DNA from: a virus
Taxonomy: Duplodnaviria > Caudoviricetes
Reading direction: 5' to 3' (one strand)
DNA: 64,000 nt
Virus record (IMG/VR): IMGVR_UViG_3300028275_000007
Within the stretch, counting starts at the first letter, position 1; each line of letters opens with the position of its first letter. The translations under genes and the position numbers were made by a program. Shown piece after piece: positions 18,797 through 28,810 of the stretch. Under the pieces are notes generated by a model. That model saw nothing but the letters and a program-made list of their open reading frames with translations, was not told the origin of the DNA and did not search any database.

Positions 18797-19564
18797 TTAT
18801 GCAAATATTTCAAGAGCTGTACCGCATTCTTGGCAAAATTTGCTGGTAGCTTTGTTCTGCTTACCGCAGGTCACACATTTTGGTTTGTGTTTGACTGTTA
18901 CTGCCTGTTTAACAGCTTCTCCACCCAAAATCTTAAACACCATAGAATGTTTAGTACTTTCTAATGCACCTACATAAGTAGTGGTAAACTTTTGCTCACT
19001 CTTGCTACCCGGAACGGTAATACCAACATCGTTAACTTGATTAACAAATGCCTGAGCAGATGCTGTACTATAACTATCCATAGTTGCAGAACAGGTTACT
19101 GATCCTGCTGGTGCAGCCCAATCTGCTGTAGATCCACGCAGAATTCCGCCTTGTGGGTAGATTTTATTATCGCCGTAATAGGCAGTATTAGTTGTCCAGG
19201 TAATTGGACGAACAGGCTGTTCGTATTGGAATTCGATTCTTACCAATCCGTCTTCAAGTTTGGCACCTCGGTGTTGCTCCACTGAGCCTGTTCTTTCGAT
19301 GAACTTGAACTTGTTGCCTTCTGTGAGATTGCCGTTTTTGACTGATCGCTCGAGATCGACTTCTTGTCCAGCGTTAATAACAATCCCACCAGGAACCATA
19401 TCGTCACCGTCAATATATACGTTAACGACAGCACGGGTCGTATGTAGATTCTTAAGTAGTATTGAATATTCTGATCCGAACGGAACATAAACTGTGTCCT
19501 TGAATTCTCTTAGGACTTTGCCTTTTACTTTAATGGCGGCGGCCATTTTACTTTCGTACATCAT
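18797..19564 (-). CDS. Hypothetical protein with C-terminal zinc ribbon
   Basis: CVTCGKQNKATSKFCQECG; AAGGAG RBS before MMYESK. Confidence 0.75.
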   Translation of the reverse strand: MMYESKMAAAIKVKGKVLREFKDTVYVPFGSEYSILLKNLHTTRAVVNVYIDGDDMVPGGIVINAGQEVDLERSVKNGNLTEGNKFKFIERTGSVEQHRGAKLEDGLVRIEFQYEQPVRPITWTTNTAYYGDNKIYPQGGILRGSTADWAAPAGSVTCSATMDSYSTASAQAFVNQVNDVGITVPGSKSEQKFTTTYVGALESTKHSMVFKILGGEAVKQAVTVKHKPKCVTCGKQNKATSKFCQECGTALEIFA

Positions 19565-19643
19565 GATTTCTCCTTTTACGGTACACACTCTAAGTACCTA
19601 ACATTTAAAGAGTGTTGGTTGTGGGACCTTCCCACGCATCTAT

Positions 19644-19880
19644 TTATAGATACTGTTCTATAAATGGATCTTCTTCTGGGAAATAATGCACATCGTACAT
19701 TATTCCGCCAATGTTGTATTCTGCACACCAGCTATGTTGATTATTAGTCTCTCTAACTGGTTCTGTCATTTGCAGCATTAACCAAACTCGATCGTGTTCA
19801 GCACCTTCTAGTCTACGTTTTGGTGGACCCATAATCTTACGGATAAATGCTTCTGCTTCTTCTTTGGTTTTAAACTGCAT
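19644..19880 (-). CDS. Hypothetical protein (start MQFKTK; the longer ORF-track start overlaps the tRNA)
   Basis: AAGGA before ATG 19880. Confidence 0.65.
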   Translation of the reverse strand: MQFKTKEEAEAFIRKIMGPPKRRLEGAEHDRVWLMLQMTEPVRETNNQHSWCAEYNIGGIMYDVHYFPEEDPFIEQYL

Positions 19881-19890
19881 ATAAATCCTT

Positions 19891-19966
19891 TGGTGCGCTA
19901 GGTGGGAATCGAACCCACGACACAAGAGGTTTAGAAGCTCCGGCTCTGCCACTAAGCTACTAGCGC
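19891..19966 (-). tRNA. tRNA with CUA anticodon (amber suppressor-like)
   Basis: GCGCTAG/CTAGCGC acceptor plus ACCA; D-arm GCTT/GAGC; anticodon arm GGAGC-TT CTA AA-CCTCT (31-39 mismatch); T-arm GTGGG-TTCGATT-CCCAC; 76 nt. Confidence 0.8.
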
Positions 19967-19974
19967 ATACGTTT

Positions 19975-20003
19975 ATTATGCTGCCATTAAGCAGTTAGGT
20001 CAA
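19975..20003 (-). promoter_or_regulatory. sigma70 promoter of the CUA tRNA
   Basis: TTGACC-17-CATAAT ending 8 nt before the tRNA. Confidence 0.65.
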
Positions 20004-20289
20004 CAGTTTCTTCTTCTTTTTGGCTAAGTTTATTTGGACGTAATGGGTCAAGCCAAGTGTCCGGGATGTATGCTTTGGGCGTATCGCCTAGCATATTTTG
20101 GAGTCCGTGGTCGGTACTAATCCACCAATAATGATCCGTAATTTGTGCCTTACATACAATGCCGCGAAAATCAAATTCTTCACCTTGTTTAAAGTGTCCA
20201 ATATAATTTTCTACCAAAACAGTTTTGCCTATGTTCTGAGGACGTAGGCTCATAATGATTTTGGCAATGTCACCTTGTTCACACTTCAT
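19987..20289 (-). CDS. Hypothetical protein
   Basis: 100-aa coupled ORF. Confidence 0.7.
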   Translation of the reverse strand: MKCEQGDIAKIIMSLRPQNIGKTVLVENYIGHFKQGEEFDFRGIVCKAQITDHYWWISTDHGLQNMLGDTPKAYIPDTWLDPLRPNKLSQKEEETVDLTA

Positions 20290-20536
20290 TCTTTGTCATT
20301 CCTATAATCTTTGTATGTAAGATCATATTCTCTGTTACTAATTTAGTAATAGTTGCTAATAGGATTAATCGATCAGCGTCAGTGATATCTTCTTTATCAA
20401 ATTGTTCAAGGATACTTGCACCAATCATACGCATTGCTTCTGTTTTGCCTTGTTTGAATGCACCCCAATCAAATGGGTCGCCTTCTTCGTGAGCAAAGGC
20501 AATATCAATTAATTCGTCTAAGGTTATTTTAGCCAT
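20279..20536 (-). CDS. Hypothetical protein
   Basis: 85-aa coupled ORF. Confidence 0.7.
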   Translation of the reverse strand: MAKITLDELIDIAFAHEEGDPFDWGAFKQGKTEAMRMIGASILEQFDKEDITDADRLILLATITKLVTENMILHTKIIGMTKNEV

Positions 20537-20934
20537 CCTATCCTTTCATTGTTATCAACTCTTCTTTGGTGTTCTTCAACACTCCCAGGAAAACGCCAAG
20601 CCCAAACGGCAACAAGGGCCATAAATATTGCAGTACTAATAATACCAATTGGTTTTACTCCGCCTGTAAACATTAAAATTAAACTTAGACTCATCATACC
20701 TAACATAAAGAATTTCATCTTTGTAGGGAACACACGTTTCTGTCCCCAGTTAGTTAAGAATGGTCCAAAGATCTTGTGATTATATATCCATCGATGCATA
20801 CGTTCACTGCCTTTACTGAAACAGTAAGCAGCAAACACCACAAACGGTGAATACGGAATGCCAGGAGTTATTACTCCAATGTAGGCCATGCCAAGAGACA
20901 AGAAGCCTAGAGTTGTCCAAAGAAATTTTTTCAT
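20524..20934 (-). CDS. YbaN/DUF454 family membrane protein
   Basis: LGMAYIGVITPGIPYSPFVVFAAYCFSKGSERMHRWIYNHKIFGPFL. Confidence 0.88.
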   Translation of the reverse strand: MKKFLWTTLGFLSLGMAYIGVITPGIPYSPFVVFAAYCFSKGSERMHRWIYNHKIFGPFLTNWGQKRVFPTKMKFFMLGMMSLSLILMFTGGVKPIGIISTAIFMALVAVWAWRFPGSVEEHQRRVDNNERIGWLK

Positions 20935-20935
20935 A

Positions 20936-21919
20936 TTAAGCAGCTACTACTTTGTTAGGTAATGCAGAGACAAGAATGTCCTGATGTAAGTTTGGAGTAA
21001 ATTTTCCTCCAGCCGCTCCGTTTAATGTTGCAAGAGCGTTAATTGGTTTAGTTCCTCGAACAGTTTGTCCACCATAAGGTAAACCTGGTATGGCATAACT
21101 GATGTGTATCCACACAGTCTTTCCTGGTAGGTATTCTAATAATAACTGATCGTAAGGAATGTTTTTACTAATCCACACAGCAATATCAAAATAATCATGA
21201 GCAGGCACACCTCTAAACTGTATATCGCAGGCCTGGCCAGTACCGTGTTGTGCTTGATTCGAACCGTGTCTATAGCTGTTGGTTAAGAACGCATTTTTAT
21301 AATGTGCTTTGATTGGTTCTACAACATTCAACGCAAGAGCAGCAAGATTGTTAACTATACTCTGAGGAGGTAATCCTTTAACGTTGTCCGCTAGTTGTTG
21401 AATAGTTCTTGGAAAAGTAACATTTTTAATCATTGCTCCAAGAGTAGTTCCTCCCGGAGTTAATACTGTTGAATAACTAATATCACCTGTTACTTCCGCA
21501 GATGGTTTTCCAGCCTTTGGTGCACCAGGTTTAACTCCTTCTCCCTTTGGTGTTGGAGTTGTTGTTATTTTAGCGTAGTCGTCTTTGGTAATACGACCTT
21601 CTGCTAGGAACCTATCAGCTTCCTTTTTACCAGATGTGTTATCTTCGTCGCCTTCTACGTTTTGCACAGCGGCAACTACAGTTACCTTAGGAACCGCTGG
21701 AGCGGAAAAGCTGCCGTCAGTTGCGTTTGCATTATACAATGCAATTGGTACACCGTTAGCAAACACATTGCTAGAATCGTATGTAGGTTCAACACGACCA
21801 TTACCGTCAAACCGTAGCCCTGTAATTGCGGTATACGGATGGGTATGAGCAGTAGGACTATAAGGACCGCTAGGACTATTGCCTGCTGCTGGACTCGGAT
21901 TAACTGTAGAATTCGCCAT
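20936..21919 (-). CDS. Peptidase M15-family (Zn D,D-peptidase fold) late protein, possible virion lysin
   Basis: SYRH..NQAQHGTGQACDIQ and WIHISY metal-binding motifs; TAAATA upstream. Confidence 0.75.
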   Translation of the reverse strand: MANSTVNPSPAAGNSPSGPYSPTAHTHPYTAITGLRFDGNGRVEPTYDSSNVFANGVPIALYNANATDGSFSAPAVPKVTVVAAVQNVEGDEDNTSGKKEADRFLAEGRITKDDYAKITTTPTPKGEGVKPGAPKAGKPSAEVTGDISYSTVLTPGGTTLGAMIKNVTFPRTIQQLADNVKGLPPQSIVNNLAALALNVVEPIKAHYKNAFLTNSYRHGSNQAQHGTGQACDIQFRGVPAHDYFDIAVWISKNIPYDQLLLEYLPGKTVWIHISYAIPGLPYGGQTVRGTKPINALATLNGAAGGKFTPNLHQDILVSALPNKVVAA

Positions 21920-21927
21920 ACTACTAT

Positions 21928-22218
21928 TTAAGCCAATTTAATACCTGTAGTTCCTTGAATATAACTGTCAGAAAACTCTTTAAGAGTTGGCTCAAATACA
22001 ACAACTGTATTTTTAAAAATGCGTACATCTCTATCTGGATTGGCAGTAAACAAATATGGAGCCATTCCAAGACCTTGTTGCCCTGCTGTAAGGACCATAG
22101 GTCTATTTAATTTAATATAAAGAGCACCGTCCTCAACTAACTTTCCAAGTATTTCCTCACCACTTGTAAGTTTAAGTGTTACAACATCACCTTCTGCTAC
22201 ACCTTTTTCAATTAACAT
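21928..22218 (-). CDS. Conserved hypothetical protein (Sm-like fold likely)
   Basis: VVTLKLTSGEEILGKL motif. Confidence 0.7.
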   Translation of the reverse strand: MLIEKGVAEGDVVTLKLTSGEEILGKLVEDGALYIKLNRPMVLTAGQQGLGMAPYLFTANPDRDVRIFKNTVVVFEPTLKEFSDSYIQGTTGIKLA

Positions 22219-22438
22219 TTGCTAACCTCGCTTTTAATTCAGTAAATCCGCCTACTAATTCTTCGTCTAAAAAGATCTGTGGAACTGTACGTGCGGTAGG
22301 CACAGCTTCTAATAAATCCTCTTTTGAATACCCGTCTCCAATTTTGCGTTCTTCAAATGCAATTCCCTTTTGTGTGAGCAATGCTTTGGCCTGATCGCAA
22401 TAGGGGCAATGATACTTACTCCATACAATCGCTTTCAT
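22208..22438 (-). CDS. Glutaredoxin
   Basis: CPYC, TVPQIF, GGF. Confidence 0.93.
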   Translation of the reverse strand: MKAIVWSKYHCPYCDQAKALLTQKGIAFEERKIGDGYSKEDLLEAVPTARTVPQIFLDEELVGGFTELKARLANVN

Positions 22439-22450
22439 TTCTTGTTTCCT

Positions 22451-22618
22451 TTAATTTGAGTATATTACAGCACCCGTCTTGTCTGTGACTCTAACTAGGA
22501 GCATACCTTTATTTTTATATTGAAGGGCAGCACTTATAGCAGCTTGTTCGCTGCCATAGGTTCCTATAGTTGTCCAAGACTCGTAAGGTGATTTTCTTTT
22601 GAATTGAGCTTTATACAT
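22451..22618 (-). CDS. Small hypothetical protein (55 aa); not in ORF track
   Basis: MYKAQFKRKSPYESWTTIGTYGSEQAAISAAL...; fills the nrdB-grx gap. Confidence 0.7.
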   Translation of the reverse strand: MYKAQFKRKSPYESWTTIGTYGSEQAAISAALQYKNKGMLLVRVTDKTGAVIYSN

Positions 22619-22624
22619 AGTTTA

Positions 22625-23734
22625 TTATATAGCTGGTAGAGCGTCGTAGTCGAGATTATCTGACATAACACCAATAACATAACTTGTAGATTCTGTTTCT
22701 TGTAATGCACTCTGTTTCTTACTAGTATCAGTGTGCTTGTTAAACCAAGGAATAGGAGTAGTCTTTGGATGTGGATTCCAATACTTAATACCAATATCCT
22801 TTAGAGAACCGTGAGCTGTGAAGTCAACAAACTCTTTTAGAATATTAGCATTAAGACCAATCACTGGGCCTAGTTTAAACAGATAGTCGGCCCAGGCTTT
22901 TTCTTCTGCAATAACATCTTTGTAAATTTGAATTACTTCATCTTGACACTCTTGTGCTGCCTTGGCAAATCGTGGATCTTCTTTGACTACCTGATTAATA
23001 ATATAAGCAGTCCATCCTTTGTGTAGCAATTCGTCTTGTAGAATTAGGCTAATAATGTTGCCATTACCGATAAAGATCTTGTTCTCAACCATTGCTAGAC
23101 TTGTAGCAAATGATGTCATAAAGCGGAAAGCTTCTAATGCGTAACTTGCGTGTAAGGCTAGATAGATTGCTTTGATATGTCCTTCTTCGGGAGAGTTGTT
23201 AGGATCACTATCAATCTCTTTAATGCAGTTAAACTTATGCAAGTCATCATAATACTTGCCAATACTACTGGCCATATCTACAATTTCTTTGGTGTCATGG
23301 ATAGTGTTGAATACTTCCTTAGGCACGTTATAGATGTTACGGATAATGTGACTGTAACTGCGTGAATGAATATTAGTTTCAAAGAAACTCCAGTTATAGA
23401 CCAATGCTTCTAATTCTGGAAGGCTTACGACCGGAGTAAAGATTTGACTTGGGCCGCGACCTTGCAGACTGTCAAGAGCAGTTTGCCTAAGCAGGTTACT
23501 AGTGAAGATATGTTTAACCGCATCTGATGCTTCCTTAAAATCATTTGCATCTTTGGTTAGACTAACTTCTTCTGGGACCCAAAAGAATCCACGGGCTGTC
23601 TTTTCAAAGTCTACAATTTTATTATATTTTACTTCTTCAAATCGTTGAATAGTAACAGGACCTGCCGGATCCAAGAACATCTTACGATTAAGATAGTCTG
23701 TCTTTGTTGTTAAATTATATTGTTGTTTACTCAT
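22625..23734 (-). CDS. nrdB: Ribonucleotide reductase class Ia beta subunit
   Basis: FWVPEEVSL, ETNIHSRSY, EAFRF, DELLH. Confidence 0.95.
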   Translation of the reverse strand: MSKQQYNLTTKTDYLNRKMFLDPAGPVTIQRFEEVKYNKIVDFEKTARGFFWVPEEVSLTKDANDFKEASDAVKHIFTSNLLRQTALDSLQGRGPSQIFTPVVSLPELEALVYNWSFFETNIHSRSYSHIIRNIYNVPKEVFNTIHDTKEIVDMASSIGKYYDDLHKFNCIKEIDSDPNNSPEEGHIKAIYLALHASYALEAFRFMTSFATSLAMVENKIFIGNGNIISLILQDELLHKGWTAYIINQVVKEDPRFAKAAQECQDEVIQIYKDVIAEEKAWADYLFKLGPVIGLNANILKEFVDFTAHGSLKDIGIKYWNPHPKTTPIPWFNKHTDTSKKQSALQETESTSYVIGVMSDNLDYDALPAI

Positions 23735-23736
23735 TT

Positions 23737-24063
23737 TTATACTCTAAAACTTTCTCCGCAACCACAACGGTCACGTTCATTTGGGTTAACAAAATCAAAC
23801 CCTTCATTTAATCCATTTTTTACCCAGTCTATAGTTAATCCGTCTAGATATACTAAAGACTTTGCATCTACTAATATTACAAAATCATCTGTAGCAAAAT
23901 TTGTAACTCCAACTTCTGCTTCATACTCGTCTACATATTCTAACACATATGCCAAACCACTGCAACCAGTAGTTTTAACTGCTAGTCGAATTCCTACACC
24001 CTTGCCTCTATTCTTAAGCAAGTGCTTGATCTTTGTTTTGGCTTTGTCTGTTACGGTAATCAT
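23737..24063 (-). CDS. iscA: Fe-S cluster assembly protein IscA
   Basis: [23 protein letters not shown]. Confidence 0.95.
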   Translation of the reverse strand: MITVTDKAKTKIKHLLKNRGKGVGIRLAVKTTGCSGLAYVLEYVDEYEAEVGVTNFATDDFVILVDAKSLVYLDGLTIDWVKNGLNEGFDFVNPNERDRCGCGESFRV

Positions 24064-24421
24064 TTACGGCCGCTTTGATCGCATCTTCTGCAAGTATCGA
24101 ACAATGAATCTTAACAGGGGGGAGGGCAAGCTCAGTAGCAATTTCGCTATTCTTAATCTGTTGCGCTTCGTCAAGCGTTCTTCCTTTGAGCCATTCAGTA
24201 ACGAGCGAACTCGACGCAATCGCGCTTCCACAACCATACGTTTTAAATTTGGCATCTTGAATAATTCCTGTGGTTTCGTCTACTTTAATTTGTAGCTTCA
24301 TTACGTCACCACAAGCAGGTGCACCGACCATACCTGTGCCTACTCCTTGTTCATCTTTAGAAAAGCTACCTACATTTCGAGGATTCTCATAATGGTCGAT
24401 TACTTTGTCTGAGTAACTCAT
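24014..24421 (-). CDS. iscU: Fe-S cluster scaffold IscU
   Basis: [46 protein letters not shown]. Confidence 0.96.
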   Translation of the reverse strand: MSYSDKVIDHYENPRNVGSFSKDEQGVGTGMVGAPACGDVMKLQIKVDETTGIIQDAKFKTYGCGSAIASSSLVTEWLKGRTLDEAQQIKNSEIATELALPPVKIHCSILAEDAIKAAVNDYRNRQSQNKDQALA

Positions 24422-26751
24422 AGTTTACAGGCCTCACAATCTTCTTCAATACTTGTTTCAGCTTCTCTTTCATAGAAACCGTTATAGTGTACTTCGGGAG
24501 TCTTGTCCTCGTGTTTGGCGCCTTGCTTATTGATTAGACTATAGTAGAAAGTCTTAATACCCCACAACTGTGCCTGCATCAAGTTCTTAGCAATTAGTGT
24601 AGTTGGAACTTTGCGTTCTGGGAAATGTGCTGGATTGTAGAATGTGTTTGTTGAAATACTTTGATCAACATACGCTGCTAAAACAGCCGCAGTCTTTAGA
24701 TAACCTTGGCAGTCTGTTTGATCCCACATCAACTGATACTTATTCTTAAGTCTATTATATTCTGGAACCACTTGTGTAAACGAGCCAGCTTTGGATTCTT
24801 TAGTTGAAATTAAACTCATCGGCATTTCAATACCGTTGGTTGAATTAATAACAACTGAACTAGACTCTACAGGTGCTACAGCCATTAAGGTAGCGTTTCG
24901 AACACCGTGTGTTTTCATTTCTTTTCTAAGAGTTTCCCAATCGAGTTCTGGAGTAAAGTCAGTAAGTTCGTTAACACCTTGGGCTCTTCTTTCCCAAGGG
25001 AAGATCCCTTGACCGTATCTTGTTCGGTCGCTGTCTTTACACTTGCCTCTTTCCTTGGCAAGTTCAACTGTTGCTTCTGTAAGGTAAAAGGCCTGATGCT
25101 CCATCCAAACTTTAACTTCCGCCAGTGCGTCTTTGTCGCCATATTTCATTCCTCTTTTAGCGTGCCAATAGGCAAGGTTAGTAATACCAATACCTAGTGG
25201 TTGAATTTCGTCGTTGCTTAGTTTAGATTGAATACTTAGGAAATCTTGATAATCTAAAATGTTGCAAAGACTACGTTGTAAGATTCGACACGCTCTACGC
25301 ATATCTTCTGGGTTTCGGAACGCACCCCAGTTAATGGATCCCAGTGTACATAACGCTATGCGTCCCTCCTCGTCGTCTAATCTCTTAAATGGACGGGTTG
25401 GTAATAAGATCTCACAGCACAGGTTACTTTGATAGATGGTATGATATTCAGGATCAAAAGGTCCTTGATTCATAACATTATCAATAAACACCAAATAGAT
25501 GCGACCTGTATCTGTACGCTCCTTAAGAATGCCGGACTTGAATACTTCTTCAGCTGACATTGTTTTTTTACGTAAACCTTTTTGCTTTTCGTATTTTACA
25601 TATAGTTCTTCAAATCGTTCTGTGTTGCTGTAAAATGCTTCATATAGATCTGGCACTTCATTTGGATCAAAGAAAGTTATATTTTCTTTGTTCTTAAATC
25701 TTCTCCAGAAGAATGACGACAACACGACCCCGTAGTCCATGTGTCTAACTCGTGTCTCTTCTGTACCTTGGTTGTTCTTGAGAACAATGAGATCATCAAA
25801 CTGATGATGCCAAATGGGATAAAAGACAGTAGCAGATGCATTACGAATTCCACCTTGTGAACAACTCCTTAAATCACCGAACCATTTTTTCAGGAATGGT
25901 ATCATACCTGTGTGCATAATTTCGCCACCTCGAATAGGCGAACCTAATGGACGTAGTCGTCCAATCTCTAAACCGATGCCAGCACGTTTGCTGGCATACT
26001 TGGCCATCATCTCCCCAGAAGCAAATATGCTATCCAGATCGTCGTCACTGCGGATAAGCACACAACTAGAAAACTGCTTAGTTGGAGTGCCAAGGCCAGC
26101 CAACACAGGTGTAGCAAGAGTAAACAAACCATCTGAAGCCGCGTTGTAATACTCTTTGATGTAACGCATACGGGCTGCATTAGGTTCTTCTTTATGGAAG
26201 ACAGTCGCGGCAGCAACCATATAACGAACTTGTGGTGTTTCATAGATCTCCTTAGTAGCTCGGTTACGCACGAGATACTTTTCGATCAATTGCTCAATAG
26301 CTGCGTAACTGTATTCTTCATCTTTAGAATGATCTAGCATATCATTCATTTTATTCCAGTCATCTTCTGAATACCATTCAAGAAGTTCTGGAGTATATAA
26401 TCCAACAGAAACATTTTTCTTAACAATGTCGTAAAGGTGGGGAGGCTCGTAGTCTCCGTAAACATCCTTTCTCAACATCGAAAGACGTTGTTTGCCTGCT
26501 ACGTACTGATAGTTAGTGTGACCTACATCTGGATTATGTTCAATATCAATTAGATCAACTATTGCTCTAAGTGTAATTCCATCAATCTCTTCTGTAGTAA
26601 TACCGTCATAGAAATGTGGTTGGGCTTTAATTTCTATCATTGACTGGCTAACGTCTGCAATGCCTTTACAAACTTTAGCTACTTGGGCTTGCCATTTTTC
26701 AACTGCTAATGGTTCTTTGTTTCCGCTGCGTTTAATAACTGTGATGCTCAT
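24418..26751 (-). CDS. nrdA: Ribonucleotide reductase class Ia alpha subunit with ATP cone
   Basis: VIKRSG ATP cone, QFSSCVL, QSNLCCEI, APVESSS, TFYY, C-terminal CEAC. Confidence 0.96.
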   Translation of the reverse strand: MSITVIKRSGNKEPLAVEKWQAQVAKVCKGIADVSQSMIEIKAQPHFYDGITTEEIDGITLRAIVDLIDIEHNPDVGHTNYQYVAGKQRLSMLRKDVYGDYEPPHLYDIVKKNVSVGLYTPELLEWYSEDDWNKMNDMLDHSKDEEYSYAAIEQLIEKYLVRNRATKEIYETPQVRYMVAAATVFHKEEPNAARMRYIKEYYNAASDGLFTLATPVLAGLGTPTKQFSSCVLIRSDDDLDSIFASGEMMAKYASKRAGIGLEIGRLRPLGSPIRGGEIMHTGMIPFLKKWFGDLRSCSQGGIRNASATVFYPIWHHQFDDLIVLKNNQGTEETRVRHMDYGVVLSSFFWRRFKNKENITFFDPNEVPDLYEAFYSNTERFEELYVKYEKQKGLRKKTMSAEEVFKSGILKERTDTGRIYLVFIDNVMNQGPFDPEYHTIYQSNLCCEILLPTRPFKRLDDEEGRIALCTLGSINWGAFRNPEDMRRACRILQRSLCNILDYQDFLSIQSKLSNDEIQPLGIGITNLAYWHAKRGMKYGDKDALAEVKVWMEHQAFYLTEATVELAKERGKCKDSDRTRYGQGIFPWERRAQGVNELTDFTPELDWETLRKEMKTHGVRNATLMAVAPVESSSVVINSTNGIEMPMSLISTKESKAGSFTQVVPEYNRLKNKYQLMWDQTDCQGYLKTAAVLAAYVDQSISTNTFYNPAHFPERKVPTTLIAKNLMQAQLWGIKTFYYSLINKQGAKHEDKTPEVHYNGFYEREAETSIEEDCEACKL

Positions 26752-26793
26752 TGTGTTTATCTCTGTTCTTATAATGTTGTAGATTGATATTTA

Positions 26794-27219
26794 TTACAAT
26801 CTAGATTTTGACCAAAGCAACTTGGTCTCGATGTTCTTTAATTCGTCTACACCAACTACACTTTTATATTCCAAATTAAGTACATATTTTTTGTCTACTA
26901 CCAAAATATATGAAGCGTCATCTTTATCTGGGATTATGGATTTATGTATCTCACATTCGGTATCAATAAAGCGACTTGTTAATTTAATAGTGTACAGCAT
27001 TCCAAGAACAATAGCAAGATCGTCAAGTCGTAGATCCAGAATTAAATGCCACGGATCGGGCCATTCTGTTGGATTTTGAGGGTCTAAATACGGACTGACA
27101 AATGGAGCTTGGCCCCAAAGTCTAGCAACATCCTCTAATGGGTTATCGCTAGTCTCTAGGTTGTCTCTAAATTCTTTCCAGGCTGCAAGTCTTTCCGTTC
27201 CATATTGATCAAACACCAT
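26794..27219 (-). CDS. Hypothetical late protein
   Basis: 141-aa ORF coupled to the upstream structural gene. Confidence 0.7.
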   Translation of the reverse strand: MVFDQYGTERLAAWKEFRDNLETSDNPLEDVARLWGQAPFVSPYLDPQNPTEWPDPWHLILDLRLDDLAIVLGMLYTIKLTSRFIDTECEIHKSIIPDKDDASYILVVDKKYVLNLEYKSVVGVDELKNIETKLLWSKSRL

Positions 27220-28810
27220 AGGTTACATCAAAAGAGATGGAACCTGTTTTGCCTGAGGCTAGAGGGTTCTTATATGATAATACGATAGTATCTACAACTG
27301 CTGCTGTAGAGTCATCACCGGTAGTGTTACTAGTTTTAGTAACGTTGAATTCAAAATTAGTCATAAGATTTCCTCCTTCGGATAGAACAAAATTCGGAGA
27401 GTAGGTAAAATTATCTGTAATAGAAATATCTGAACCGTTAGTTCCTGGAGATAGGTCGTCACCAATTACAAACGTAATATTTCCATAACGTGTATGTTCG
27501 CCTAACTTCAACGAATAGTTGATTGATGTAAATTTATTCAATGCAGAAAATACTGCCAACGGTCTAAAACTATCTGAAAGATATATTTGAGAATAATTTC
27601 TATCAACAAATGTAGTTAAAGAACCATTGTAAACTTCAGTATATGCTGCCGAAGTTCCAACAGACACAATTCCTGCGTCTTGTTGTCGGTCACTAGTTGA
27701 ATCTATAACAATGTTGTTTGCCGATTCACCAAAGTAGACCATTGGTCCAATTGGATCGGAAGAATTGTTAATTCCGTTACCGACATTTTTAAAAAAACAA
27801 CGATTTATAATAGTACCATGACCGTATGTAGATCTAAATGCGTTATTGTAAATTTCTTCAAAGTTGCTGTCATATATTTTCCACTTGGTGCCTTGTGTCG
27901 ATATACCGTCAACGTATATGGCTGTATCATTAACAAAGAAATTACAGTTATCAAAATCAATTTCTGTATCAAACACATCTGTTTGAATACATTTTATACT
28001 AATGCTATTGCTGTTAAAAGAACAATCTATAAATTTTACATTAGTTGTTCTAACACCAATAAGATCATTTTCCCAGAATAACGCAGACGGTTCTGCAATT
28101 AATGATTCTAGAGAATCGCCTAATACGTACTCTCCTAGGAATGTGATATTTTGAAAGACTGAATCGGCAATGCCCGATAATGTAAATTGCCCTGTTGTTC
28201 GTTTAATTGTAAGTTGAGAAATATTAATATTCTTAGGTCTATTAGTACTATTAAAATCTACAAGTTCCAGTCCAGTTGAGGTAACAAATCGAATGTTGTG
28301 AGCGTCGATATTTAGAACTGTGCCTAATTGTGTTTCACCTTTAAGAATTGCTTCGCTTGGAATTGTTAGATCACTTGCGAAATAATATTCTCCATTTGGT
28401 ATTAAAAGATATTTCTTAAGGGTTGGATCTACATTTTGGAATAGCTGCTGAAATGCAGTTTCAAATGCTTCAACACAATCGGTTACTCCGTCACCTACTG
28501 CACCAAAATCTGTTACAGAAACGTATTCGTCTAGTTTAGATTGTAAACTTCTCGGAACGCTTAATGTTATTGCAGCATTATTAGATGCAAAATGATAGCT
28601 CGATGCTAGCTCTAATATGTTATCGTGTTCTGTAAGGATCTTAGTGTTGCCTACGTAAGGAGCACCTTCTGCAACACTACCGTTACCAATGAATAACTCT
28701 TGCGAGTCAACAGCCCAGGCAAACTCCGCAGAACTTAGTTGCGGAATGCCGCTGTTTGAATTTTTTTGTCCTCTGCGGACTTGTATTTTAGAGATCTGTA
28801 CGACAGCCAT
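27209..28810 (-). CDS. Tail/baseplate-associated protein with pectate-lyase-like beta-helix
   Basis: MAVVQISKIQVRRG..., SVTDFGAVGDGVTDC; N/S/T-rich repeats; TAAATA upstream. Confidence 0.75.
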   Translation of the reverse strand: MAVVQISKIQVRRGQKNSNSGIPQLSSAEFAWAVDSQELFIGNGSVAEGAPYVGNTKILTEHDNILELASSYHFASNNAAITLSVPRSLQSKLDEYVSVTDFGAVGDGVTDCVEAFETAFQQLFQNVDPTLKKYLLIPNGEYYFASDLTIPSEAILKGETQLGTVLNIDAHNIRFVTSTGLELVDFNSTNRPKNINISQLTIKRTTGQFTLSGIADSVFQNITFLGEYVLGDSLESLIAEPSALFWENDLIGVRTTNVKFIDCSFNSNSISIKCIQTDVFDTEIDFDNCNFFVNDTAIYVDGISTQGTKWKIYDSNFEEIYNNAFRSTYGHGTIINRCFFKNVGNGINNSSDPIGPMVYFGESANNIVIDSTSDRQQDAGIVSVGTSAAYTEVYNGSLTTFVDRNYSQIYLSDSFRPLAVFSALNKFTSINYSLKLGEHTRYGNITFVIGDDLSPGTNGSDISITDNFTYSPNFVLSEGGNLMTNFEFNVTKTSNTTGDDSTAAVVDTIVLSYKNPLASGKTGSISFDVTYGV

